Below, one piece after another: positions 33,896 through 46,148 of a stretch of 64,000 bases of DNA (position 1 is the stretch's first letter; every line of letters starts with the position of its first letter). The notes under the pieces were generated by a model. The model did no database searches, had not been told where the DNA came from, and saw only the letters and a list, made by a program, of their open reading frames with translations. Origin of the DNA: Macrostomum hystrix (Eukaryota > Animalia > Platyhelminthes); NCBI GenBank assembly GCA_950097015.1, contig CATNEN010000013.1, positions 558,001 to 622,000 of the forward strand, read 5' to 3'. A program made the position numbers and the translations under genes.

Positions 33896-36800
33896 TACAT
33901 GTAACAGTGACGCTCTGAAAATTGAAAGCTTGTGTTGCAGTTAATTTTCTTTCATTTGTCACGTGCATTAGACTTTACCCCTGCTCTGGATCATTATCAC
34001 ACTTCAGTTTAAGTTGCTATAATTTATCATAATTTTTTAATTTGACTTACTTACAAATTATCAAACAAAAGAACACAACAGACACTTCCCAAACCAGGAA
34101 TTTCCCTTATTAGAAAGTTCTCAATCTTAGAACATACCAAAATTACTATCAATTTTGTGAATTTTTTATTTGGATTTCTCAATTATCTTATTGTCTTCTG
34201 TTCATAATCTTTCATCTATAAAACTGTTGTTGCATTTTTTAAACTTGAGATTAAACAAAAAGTTTGAAATTGCTTTGATATTAACGCAAGTCTATTTTTG
34301 TCTGACTATATAATGTACTTTTTCAGTTAATAATGGCGCGAAGTTAAGATTGCTTTATAATCTTTGCCTTGTCATTACCTACTACATGTTTGCCGCGATT
34401 CCCTAATTAACCTGCAGCAAGGAATCAATTATCCCGATAAGCAAACTATTCAGTTATTTATTTATTACGAGTATCTTTAGGAATTAGTTAGCCTCGATCT
34501 GTCAATATCGGGTGAAATCTGGATTTTCTGAACGCTAAAATCAATAGAGCAAGTTTACATTTAATGGCTTCACTGCAGCGATTATATTAACAAATCCTAT
34601 ATCAACACACAAAGTATTATACTCGAAAATTCCCAATCGTACATTTCCCATATTTTTTTCCTTCCTATGTAGAAATAAAAACTTTTGACAATTTAACTGC
34701 ACAGCCTCAACACGAATAGTCCATTTGTTTTTCTTCCAAGCCAAACCAGTTTGCGCGAACATGCAAAACTCCTCTGCCATTATGGCTTTGTAAAATCATT
34801 GACTACCTACGGAAGATATGAATTTTGAGCGATTGTAGAGATAAACATAAACTCACATGTGGACTTGGATTTTCACGAAAATATAATTTTCCGCATTAGA
34901 AAAGATAGAAATATACGCAAACAAACCTGTCAAAGATGGCATCACCTGCCTAACAAATTAATCATAATTGATATTAAAACCCTTCATAAACTGGTGCGCT
35001 TGGCAAATTGATTAAATTAATTGGCTATGCCTGGAATCCTTAGCATGTACCCATCAAATTATTTCTAGATGTGTATTTTCAATTACTGAAAACGATATGT
35101 CCAAACATATCGATGTCCAAGTTCATGATAATGACATGCGATCCTAGAGTAAGATTCAACAAAAAGGGAAAAAAACTGCGCCATCGCGTGTATTAGCACT
35201 AAAACTCTAAACATACCAGTATATAAAAATTGAAAACACAATGGTCTATAGAAAAACGGGTAGCACCACTAGAAGTAGTATATTATTGTTTAAGATTTTT
35301 ATCGGCGAAGAAATTAAAGCGTTTCGATACTGCGTTTTCAACATCTGAATCTGACAGTAGTAAGCATACATCAGAATGCAACAAAAACAACAGCAACAGT
35401 CACAACAAGTGGGTCAGCATCAGTTGTCGTGCTTCAGTGCCAGCTTAAATGCGATCGCGATGAGCTAGCCCACATCGGCATCAGTCCACACTGCTGCCCA
35501 GTGTCATGCGCATTGCCGTCTCGAATATGTCGTTATGGAAAGAACGCTTCTGCAACAATATGCAATATAGTTTTTTTGGCTTTAAAAGAGTAGCCAGCCT
35601 ACTGTGTTCCGCTATTTAATTGTATGTGAGTTAAAAGTGTTTTTTAAAAATAATTACTTGGTAATTAGAAGAAAAACTGCGATTTTCGGGCATGAGAAGG
35701 TAATCCATAAAATGTTCCGATTGTTCATTTAGGTCGAAAGAGGAAAATTAAAATAGATTTTTTGCTTCAACTTTCAAGATTGTAGTGCGCCAGATAATTT
35801 TTTTACTATAATAGCTTCCATGCAAGTTATTTACATTCGGAGAATTTTACTTGCTGCTGAAACTGAGTTCATCGGTTCTTTTGTAAGATCCATAAAGAAG
35901 TTATACAACATATTTTTCATATTCACTCTGGAAAAGAGAATCTCCTAAGTGTATTTATTGCCTTATCGACCCTATTTAATTAGATTGTCACTATTCTAGG
36001 TTCAATTATAATAAGAAAGTGTTGTATCTTAAATGACTGACGCAACGGAGATTCCGATTTGTTAGAATAATAAGGAAAACACGCCAATAGGCGGCACTCG
36101 GCAGGCAGACGAATAGGAGTGTATATTTGATATATTATATCAAATAACCGTACGAATTACGCATGAGTGCAGAGGTCGGGGCCTTTATTTATTGGCCCAA
36201 AGGCGTGGGGAAGAACTTTCTAGAAAGTTACTAAAAATAGACTACGCGGGAAAATTCTGGAAAGAGTATGGACTTAACGCCTTACGACAAAGAATAGAAA
36301 ATTCTGGAAAGTTCCCGGGAATTACAGCAACAACAGTCTCAACAGAAAGTAAATCTGAACAAAGTAACAGTCGCAGAGCCGGATAGTTCAGATTATAATT
36401 TTTTAATAGTTTTCGCGCACGGTAAAACAAAGAAACGATTAAATGGAACCTAAAGAAATTTTTTTATACTACTAATAAGCGTACTATACCATTTTTACAA
36501 CAGTATTTTTGTACTTCAATTTTTTTGCAGACTAACATTAGTATAACTGGCGCTAATTCAGACTACAGTCTTGTCAAAGAAATCTCTGACTTGCCCTTTA
36601 TGTAACTTTTGAAGTGAGGTAACGTAAAATTGTATGCCTATAAGTCATGCATTATAATAGCATCCTTTGAACTTTGCTATTGGTAGCTCTGCAACCAATA
36701 GTAACCATTTTTTAAGAACTTTAGTTAAGCAATATTAATTAACTTATAACAGAAGCATTTTTTTCTAATACTCTATCTGGACTGTGAGTGCATTTTTTTA

Positions 36801-37206
36801 TTTAAATGAATGTATTGACAGTTATAAATGTTTACTACTAAGTGCTAGTATTAAAAAATGATCTGTTTATCAGCCAATTTAGTTTCTTTGAATACATTGG
36901 GATAGCTAGTTACTATTATATATATTAAAAAAGTTAATAAGTAAAAGTATTGTTATTGTCAACTTAATATGTGTATTATATTTGTCTTATTCCTCTCATT
37001 TCAAGAAGACTATTTGAATTTATATACTTAAACTACTGTTTAAATTTTAACTAATACTAACATTTTTTACCTAGTAGAAGATTTTTTCCAACTAGCTTGG
37101 ATAAAAATCATAATAAGAATTGTAGGAGGGCTGCAGGCAATAGAACATCAGTTATTGAGACTAGAATTTAGCCAGAGAATAGGCAATTCTTCCCATTTTA
37201 CTGACT

Positions 37207-37466
37207 CCTGAGCACACACTCACACATATCCTATATGCAGGCACACACCCTATTTAAATAATGGGCAGCCTACTTCATTATCATCATCGTCAGGCAGTGT
37301 ACACCTTCACTGTGCCTCGTGGAGGTTGGCCCTCAAGGGCATAACTTGCACAACAAGCCCCCTAGCCTTCTCTCTGCAGCAAATAAATGTGGCCTGGCTG
37401 TGGAATCGAGCTCAGGGACCCAGGTGCAAGAGGAAAATGCGTTAGACTGTTCTGCCACTGACCCCC
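37207..37466 (-). mobile_element. SINE family A copy upstream of the ASPG start
   Basis: Reverse complement gggggtcagtggcagaacagtctaacgcattttcctcttgcacc...gagctcgattccacagccaggcc...gagggccaacct...gtgtacactgcctgacgatga matches 16904-17100. Confidence 0.8.
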
Positions 37467-37703
37467 TTTGCAACTGGTTTAGCTGGAACAGATGTGTATA
37501 ACTGATGACAAATCTGCAGATATTGCAAAGAAGCCAATTAAAATAAATAATAAGGTGTCTGAACCCTAACTAATACACAGCCTCTCAGTTAGGAGCCAGA
37601 TTTCAAAGTTACTGATGTGGATAGCAGATCTTAATAAGTTAACTTATAAATTTTCTATTCCACCAAGCCATGGTTGTTGTATTGATATATTTTTTTTTCT
37701 AGC

Positions 37704-40700
37704 ATGGAGGACTTAGTGTCATTCGCCGACAAGGCTAAACCAGACAAAAATGCCAGTAACAGTGGGCAGGAGAAATCAGCCTGTCCTGACTCTGCCGCTG
37801 GCGGTGGCAGATCCGACAATTCTTCGCCGACGCCATTCAGCCCTACCAGGCTGCTGCAGTCGCGTAAGCATGAGTTCGCGGACCGGGTGACCCGCATGCA
37901 GGCCGATATGCAGAAACAGAGCAGGCTGAGCATTTCCGCCCAGCCGCATATGGCTATTGATCAGCATTATCAGCCTAAACAGTTGAAGAAGTTCAACTTT
38001 ACTATGGCCTTTCATGCTATGGAGCTGTTAGATTTGACCCTCACCAAAGTTTCAAAGGTTAGTATGGGAAGTTTTTTTAGAATATCCACTATCTATTCCC
38101 ATATTCTCCTTCAGGTTTTCTACTCATTAATTTTTGTGTTATCCAATTTTCCAATTATTCAATCGGTGTTATTTATGATCAGTCCTTTTAAACACTGTGA
38201 CGTTCTGTGGTGTTCTTGCACATGACCTGTCCTTCAGGTGTCCTTCATGACCAGTCCTTCAGGTGTTCAACATACCAGTCCTTCAGGTGTTCAACATGAC
38301 CAGTCCCTCATGTGTTCTTCATGACCAGTCCCTCATGTGTTCTTCATGACCAGTCCCTCAGGTGTTCTTCATGATCAGTCCCTCAGGTGTTCTACATGAC
38401 CAGTCCCTAAGTTCTACATGACCAGTCCCTCAGGTGTTCTACACTAGATGTTCATTAGTAATTGAGTTGATTGTTATTTGCGAATTAGCCAATTGCGCCC
38501 CCAACAGGTGCTGGTGCTGTACACGGGCGGCACAATCGGTATGAAGTCTGTTGGTGGCGCCTACGAGCCAGTCGCCAACTACCTGGCTAACGCTATTCGC
38601 GACACCAAAGTGCTTCACGACACTGATCGATTGAAATCATTGATGAGCGAAGATGATTGGCAGATTCTCACTGACAGCAGTTTGGGCTTGGTTGACCTGC
38701 CATTCGCCCTTCCAACTAGCGTTGAAGGCCGCACCCTGCTGTATGTGATCTACGAATACGAGCCGCTGCTGGACTCCTCCGACATGACCATGGACGATCA
38801 TCTGCGCATCGCGTCCGACATTGGCCTCGAGTACGACTTCTTTGACGGCTTCGTTATTCTTCACGGCACCGACACAATGTGCTACACAGCATCGGCTCTG
38901 TCATTTCTGCTGGAGAATCTAGGCAAGCCGGTCATTGTGACTGGCTCTCAGATTCCTATTATTGAATGCCGTAGCGATGGTCGCGATAACTTCATGAGCG
39001 CACTCATACTGGCCGGATTCTACTGTATACCGGAGGTGTGCGTCTATTTTCATAGCGAACTGCTGCGCGGCAATCGGTGCACCAAGATCTCCACTAATGA
39101 CTTTGACGCGTTCGCTTCGCCTAATTGTAATCCCCTGGCTAAGCTGGGCATCAATGTGCAAGTCTACTGGCACCGGGTGCTGGGCGCGGATCAGACGCGA
39201 AAATTTCATGTGCACGACAAACTCTGCAATCAGGTGCGGATAGGCTGCGACTTGGGCCTGAATGACCGATTCTGAGTCATCAGAATGACCAATTTTGAGT
39301 CATCAGAATGACCAATTTTGAGTCATCAGAATGACCGATTCTGAGTCATCAGAATGACCAATTTTGAATCATGAGAATGACCGATTCTGAGTCATCAGAA
39401 TGACCAATTTTGAATCATCAGAATGACCAATTTTGAGTCATCAGAATGACCAATTTTGAATCATCAGAATGACCAATTCTGAGTCATCAGAATGACCAAT
39501 TTTGAGTCATCAGAATGACCTATTTTGAATCATCAGAATGACGAATTTTGAGTCATCAGAATGACCGATTCTTAGTCATCAGAATGACCGATTCTGAGTC
39601 ATCAGAATGACTAATTGTGATTCATCAGAATGACCGATTCTTAGTCATCAGAATGACCAATTCTGAGTCATCAGAATGATAGATTTTGAGTAGTAAAAAC
39701 TATTACTTCTGAGTCTTAAAAATGATCATTTCTGAGTCATGGGAATTAACGATTCTGAGTCAACAGAAGGACTTACTCTGTGTCGTCAATATGATTGATT
39801 CTGAGTCATCAGAATGAGCCTTTCCTCCCAGGCCTGAGTAGTGCATTTTATTATTAGGAATATGTAGTGGGTCATAAGAAATGTTTAATTATTAAATATG
39901 AAATCCTTCAGTCTTCCTTAATAAACACTTTATAAAGCCCTGAGCTGTCCTAAAATTACCTCAGGTGATCCTGCTTCGACTATTCCCGTCGATCACAACT
40001 GAGCTAATCCGAGAGTTCCTCAAGCCGCCCATACTTGGCCTCGTGCTGCAGTCATACGGCGCGGGAAATTTCCCAACAAACGACGGCATGCTCGGCGCAC
40101 TAAAAGAGGCCAGCGATCGCGGCGTCCTGATGGTGAACATCTCGCAGTGCCAGCGCGGCCCAGTATCCGTGATCTATCGCACTGGCCAGGCCCTAGCCGA
40201 AGCCGGGGTTATCTCTGGCGCAGACATGGTCCCGGAGGCTGCCCTGTCAAAGCTGGCCTACGTGTTGAGCAAAGAGGACTGGCCGTTGGAGCACAAGCGC
40301 CGGAAACTGCAGCGCAGCCTGCGCGGCGAGGCCACGGCTGTTGCAGATTACGCCGATGGCGTTGATGAGGACGGCGAGAGGCGAGCCCCGGTCGACTGCT
40401 CCAGGGTTTGTGCGATCGTTAATATAACTTTATCTAGCCTACTTATAGTAGTGTTATTGGAATATTCGTTTTGTGTACTCTGAGTCGTTGAAATCAGTCA
40501 CTTTACTCCTCAGCCTGTGAAAAAAGTCATTACTAATTTTCATTTCAAATGAACCATGAACAATTCTGTGTTTGTGATATGCGCCATGACCAATTCTGTG
40601 TTTGTGATATGCGCCATGACCAATTCTGTGTTTGTGAAATGAGCCATGACCAATTCTGTGTTTGTGAAATGCGCCATGACCAATTCTGTGTTTGTGAAAT

Positions 40701-41513
40701 GAGCCATGACCAATTCTGTGTTTGTGAAATGAGCCATGACCAATTCTCATTGTGCACTGTGATGAGTCAGGACCCAGTTTGAATAGATTTTATTATAACA
40801 AGAATCACCGCCCGCAGTCGGACCAGCCGGCCCTGCTAGACCGCATGTGCGCCCAGCTGTCTGACCAGTGCGCCAAGGCTGGCATCACTTTATCCCATGA
40901 CTATTTTGCCCCGGCCCTCTTAAACGCCCTGGCCGTCTCCGGGCACGCTGACCGGGCCGAGCAGATCCTGCGCGGCAGCGAATTCAACTTGGCCACTCTG
41001 AACTCCGGCAAGTACAAATTCCGAGCCGGCCCGCTTCACCTGGCCGCAGCGCACGGCCGCGCCAACATTGCCCGATTCCTGCTAAAGCACGGAGTCGCCC
41101 TCAACGCCAAGGACGAACGCTGCCACACCGCTTTAGACATCGCGCTGGATCGAGGCGACTCCGAACTTGTCCAGCTTCTGACAAGCGTCGGCGGCGCCAG
41201 CGGGCGGTCTATGGCCCAGAACGGCACCAGACTATGCGCTATGGCTGCCACCGGTGATTTAGCTTCTCTGCGCATGCACTGGAAGGCTGGCGCAGATCTA
41301 CGCCTCACGGACTACAATGGAGCCACGCCTTTGCACACCGCCGCACTGCACGATCACCTGCAGGTGGTGAAATTTCTTTGCAGCAAAGTTGGCGTCCCGC
41401 CCAGACCGTTGGACCTGCTGGGCCGGTCGCCGTTGCAATTCGCTCGTGACCGCGGCTGCGAGTCGGTCGCCGCCTACCTGGAATCGCTGCCCGACTATGC
41501 CTATGATCATTAG
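37704..41513 (+). CDS. ASPG: L-asparaginase / 60 kDa lysophospholipase with C-terminal ankyrin repeats, 4 exons, about 743 aa
   Basis: Exons 37704-38057, 38508-39233, 39965-40405 and 40803-41513 (alternative in-frame acceptor at 40818), all phase 0 GT-AG. Catalytic motifs YTGGTIGM, HGTDTM, VTGSQIP, LLRGNRCTK, LQSYGAGNFP, GADMVPEAALSKL; ankyrin repeats PLHLAAAHG, TALDIA, TPLHTAA, SPLQFA. Confidence 0.95.
38221..38442. repeat. Imperfect 23-25 bp repeat CATGACCAGTCCCTCAGGTGTTCTT in ASPG intron 1
   Basis: Direct reading. Confidence 0.9.
39262..39815. repeat. 23-bp minisatellite GAGTCATCAGAATGACCAATTTT in ASPG intron 2
   Basis: Period 23 (39301 to 39324). Confidence 0.95.
40555..40746. repeat. 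30-bp repeat CCATGACCAATTCTGTGTTTGTGAAATGAG in ASPG intron 3
   Basis: About 6.5 units, direct reading. Confidence 0.95.
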
Positions 41514-41805
41514 ACAGGCCTGCTCTACTCTAATCAATGCTCTTTTTTAGAGACATTGCTGTATCGATGGTCGCTCATTCGATAATTGCAGTGTTTATGA
41601 TCACGCAAGGTCATTGTGGGGCTCATTGCTGCCTAAAAGACCATTAAATGGGCTCATACTTCGGAATTGATCATTCGATGGGTCATTGGTGTCTAATTAG
41701 TTTTTCAATGACTCATTGTTAAACTGAAGACTTGTAAGTGCGTCATTGCCTCATTGATCCTTTAAGGGTCACATCTGGTTTAAATGACCATTTAATCGGT
41801 CATAT

Positions 41806-42252
41806 TTCGATAATCCTTCTCTGATTCTTATTTCGATAATCCTTCTATCAGTCCTATCTCGATAATCCTTCTATGAGTCCTATCTCGATAATCCTTTTAT
41901 CAGTCCTATCTCGATAACCCTTATGAGTCCTATCTCGATAATCCTTCTATCAGTCCTATCTCGATAATCCTTCTATGAGTCCTATCTCGATAATCCTTCT
42001 ATCAGTCCTATCTCGATAATCCTTCTATCAGTCCTATCTCGATAATCCTTCTATGAGTCCTATCTCGATAATCATTTTATCAGTCCTATCTCGATAATCC
42101 TTATGAGTCCTATCTCGATAATCCTTATGAGTCATATCTCGATAATTCTTTTAAGTCTTATCTCGATAATCCTTCTACGAGCTATGAGTCCTGTCACGTT
42201 AATCCTTCTCTGATTCATATCTCGATAATCCTTCTCTGATTCATATCTCGAT
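41806..42252. repeat. 26-bp repeat TATCTCGATAATCCTTCTAT(C/G)AGTCC with 23-bp variants, downstream of ASPG
   Basis: Period 26 (41881 to 41907). Confidence 0.93.
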
Positions 42253-42934
42253 TTCTGATAAATCAAAAGTCTGCTTCGCTCTCTCTTACTACTTTGCTAG
42301 CCTATTTCATGACTATTCTTACAATTTAGGCGCATTGAAATTGCAAAGATGGATCAGCTGACAGTTAATTTTACATTAATTTTTGGGCGCAGATGGCAAC
42401 AAAAAATTCTCGCCTGTTTTATGTGGAGATGAAAAAATATGGGCCGTTCGGCAGTTGTGAGAGCCTACGTAGTTAATCCCGCCGCTTTGCAGTGGATTTA
42501 CGGTTGGTATTTATTTTATTAAAAGTATTTAGGCACTATAAAAGGATTATGTAACTCTGAGCAGTTTGAGTGATAGCACTGTATTGCTTTCTTATTTTTT
42601 CGTACACATATTTTTACCAGTTCCACAACTACCTAGCAGCATCAAAAATAGTAGTACCATACCCATTGTGTTTCAGTGTTGTTTTTTATTCATCAGATAA
42701 TTTTTTCTTATTTCTTACTCGCTTTTTAGCAGCTTTTTGTGCATAGAGTTAACTTTTGCCTTAGTTTTTTTAGTTCTTTTATGAAAATTTATATTATCAA
42801 TTAGTAAAACTACGAATTTTCATTTTTTGTTTCAATCAACACCAAGACAGTTGTTTTTGTGAACTTTTAGGTAAGTTATTGCGTATGTTTTTTTACGTGT
42901 CAGAAACGTGTTTGAAGTGTCAATCAGGTGTCAA

Positions 42935-43485
42935 CATCAAAGTGTCAGGTTAGACCTTAAAGTGTCAGGTTAGATCTTAAAGTGTCAGGTTAGTGTCTTT
43001 AGGTCTCAGGGTAGATCTTAAAGTGTCAGGTTTGATATTAAAGTGTCAGGTTTGATATTAAAGTGTCATATTAGTGTCTTTAAGTGTCAGGTTAGATCTT
43101 AAAGTGTCAGGTTAGTGTCTTCAAGTATCAGGTTAGATATTAAAGTGTCAGCTGGTTATCTTCATATTTGTCAGGTTAGATATTAAAGTGTCAGCTGGTT
43201 ATCTTCATATTTGTCAGGTTAGATATTAAAGTGTCAGCTGGTTATCTTCATATTTGTCAGGTTAGATATTAAAGTGTCAGCTGGTTATCTTCATATTTGT
43301 CAGGTTAGATATGAAAGTGTCAGCTGGTTATCTTCATATTTGTCAGGTTAGATATTAAAGTGTCAGCTGGTTATCTTCAAAGTGTCAGGTTAGATTCTAA
43401 AGTGTCAGGTTGATCTTGAAGTATCAGATTAGTGTCTTTAGCTGTCAGTTAGGTGTCTTTAAAGTGTCAGATTAACGTCTTAGTG
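42935..43485. repeat. About 20-bp repeat AAAGTGTCAGGTTAGATCTT with a 43-bp composite sub-array
   Basis: Direct reading; the 43-bp unit aaagtgtcagctggttatcttcatatttgtcaggttagatatt spans about 43141-43380. Confidence 0.9.
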
Positions 43486-44029
43486 TCAACCTCATTTAGA
43501 CATATTTAAGACTTTGATTTAAAACAAAGACCGTTTGCTATGCGTCTAGTATTTTGAAGTCTCGTCTAATCTGTTTGATATATTTTTCTGTATCTTTTTG
43601 CGAAACACCCCTAGACTATAAGATATTTATACAAAGACATGCAGTCTTCATTTCAATACTTGTATTCAACTTCTATGGGTTTCCTTGTGTAGCAGTCTTT
43701 GTTTTGTCATTAAAAACTATGACTAACAGAAAAATACTCTATTCTATTATTTCATCAGCTTTGCGCATTTTTAAGCACTCAACAGACAGAAATGCTCTTG
43801 ATTTTTTAAACTAGCATCTGCTCGTATTTTTGCGAGATTTTCGAAGAAAAAATATTGACATTTAATTGGTTAGTATTTTGCTTAGACTTTATACGTCAGT
43901 TTGTCCCGACAATTTATTTGTGTTGTTTTCACCCCAAATAAACACTCAAGAAAGTCACAAACACTGCGATAGAATATATGCTTTTGGTTCATTCCAAGAA
44001 ATTACCGTTCTTTAACTAACTCGCTTCCT

Positions 44030-44658
44030 ACACCTCCTCCCTCTCCTTCCCCTTCTTCTCCTCATCTTCACCTTCCTCTCCTTATCTCTCCCTTTCTCTC
44101 CTCATCTTCCCCTTCCTCTCTTCATCTTCCCCTTCCTCTCCTCATCTTCCCCTTCCTCTCCTCATCTTCCCCTTCCTCTCTTCATCTTCCCCTTCCTCTC
44201 CTTATCTCTCCCTTTCTCTCCTCATCTTCCCCTTCCTCTCTTCATCTTCCCCTTCCCCTCCTCATCTCTCCCTTTCTCTCCTCATCTTCCCCTTCCTCTC
44301 TTCATCTTCCCCTTCCTCTCTTCCTCTTCCCCTTCCTCTCTTCATCTTACCCTTCCTCTCTTCATCTTCCGCTTCCTCTCCTCATCTCTCCCTTTCTCTT
44401 CTCATCTTCCCCTTCCTCTCCTCATCTTCGCCTTCCTCTCTTCATCTTCCCCTTCCTCTCCTCATCTTCACCTTCCTCTCCTTATCTTCCCCTTCCTCTC
44501 ATTATCTTCCCCTTCCTCTCCTCATCTTCCCCTTTCTCTCCTTATCTTCCCCTTCCTCTCTTCATCTTCCCCTTCCTCTCTTCATCTTCCCCTTCCTCTC
44601 CTCATCTTCCCCTTTCTCTCCTCATCTTCCCCTTCCTCTCCTTGTCTTCCCCTTCCCC
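44030..44658. repeat. 20-bp near-polypyrimidine repeat CTTCCCCTTCCTCTCCTCAT
   Basis: Direct reading, about 31 units. Confidence 0.95.
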
Positions 44659-45667
44659 TGCCATAGACTATTGGTTAGGCCTTGCCGGGTATTAATTCCT
44701 TCTTCGCAGAGGTACACAAAGAGAAAGAATGAAGAGAGCGGGCAATCTATGGTTTCCGTGTGTCGGTTTTTCCGAGGCTTTTAAGAACTGCGCGCCAGTA
44801 AGTAATCAGCAGGGGATAATCAGTGAATAAAGAACTGTGAGCAATGGATCAGCACACATGCAAGTAATCAGTGAATAAGGAACTGTGAGCAATGGATCAG
44901 CACAGTGTAGCGTGTGTCGGGAAGTGATGCAAACTCACTTCACTCGTCTATACACATGAAGATTGGCTGCTTTACTTCTAACAGTGCTGGTGTTTAAGCC
45001 ATAGACATTTTTGTTTTTATGGCTATCTAGACTCAAGTTCAGGTATATCAGGGCGCCACTCAGCCTTTAAATCCCTGTCTATGGTCGAGACAAAGATTAT
45101 AATTTTCCTATCACTCAAAGTGCCTAGAGCAGAAATAGAAAAGCAAATGTTCTTATACTCGTATTAAATTAATTTAAAGCTAAAATGATATACAATTGAG
45201 TTAAAATGTATGAGGCGAAAATAAAGAAATGATGAAAAAAGACTGGGATAGAATCAATGCCTGACATGTGACAGGTTTTCAATAATTTCGTGACTAGAAT
45301 TTGAAATTTATGCACGCCCAGTCATCAAAATTCAATGAATCGGCGTCAAATTACATCATTCTGTTTCTTCTAACGTCGAAAATAGTATTTGTGTAAATAA
45401 AAGACTGGGATAATAAATAAAGCCGGACAAAGTCGGATAAGCTCCGGAGTTCGAATTTAATTCTCTATTTGTTTTGCTCACCAAAATCACGCTGTGATTT
45501 CTATGCCTTGTTTCTATGATCTTATCCACCTAGGTGGAAAATGTGCTCATATGAAAATAACGGAAATCGGAACGACACAATTTTGTGAGGAAAAATGATT
45601 TACAAAAAATGAAATGCAAGAATTTACCGAAATGTATTTTTCCTCTATTTATCAAGCACCTCAAAAA

Positions 45668-45888
45668 ATTGGAGTGGGGTGGTCGGTATAAATAGGCAGG
45701 GTGGGTTGATTGGAGTGGGGTGGTCGGTATAAATAGGCAGGGTGGGTTGATTGGAGTGGGGTGGTCGGTATAAATAGGCAGGGTGGGTTGATTGGAGTGG
45801 GGTGGTCGGTATAAATAGACAGGGTGGATCGATTGGAGTGGGGTGGTCGGTCTAAACAGGCGGGTTAGGTCGATTGGAGTGGGGTTGA
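45668..45888. repeat. 41-bp G-rich repeat ATTGGAGTGGGGTGGTCGGTATAAATAGGCAGGGTGGGTTG
   Basis: Period 41 (45669 to 45710), about 5 units. Confidence 0.93.
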
Positions 45889-46148
45889 GTGGTCATAGCC
45901 CCTGTTCTGACCAATCAGAGTACTTTGAAAGTAGAAAAATTTTCTTTGTAATAAACCGACCCGTATAGTGAACGAAGTGCCGAGTGGGCAGAAATAAAAG
46001 TACAAATTGAGCGCGAACGAGGGAGAAAGAATTAAAGTTGGCTTGAATTTGGCTACAGGCTCCGAGTTTCTGCATTTAAGGCCTTTGACTTTCTTATCGA
46101 GGGCTTGCTGTACATTTTTGTGCACAGATTGTTTGCCGAACGGCATAG

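Noticed and set aside
34541-35950. Short ORF MAEEFCMF..., a minus-strand exon-like KRSFHNDIFETAMR* and a plus-strand open frame at 35318-35592
   Set aside because: I could not assemble a phase-consistent gene on either strand and recognised no motif; RNA-seq would be needed.
39262-39815. Hammerhead ribozyme (CTGATGA on the minus strand)
   Set aside because: No stem II followed by GAAA and no cleavage triplet geometry; the motif comes from the 23-bp unit.
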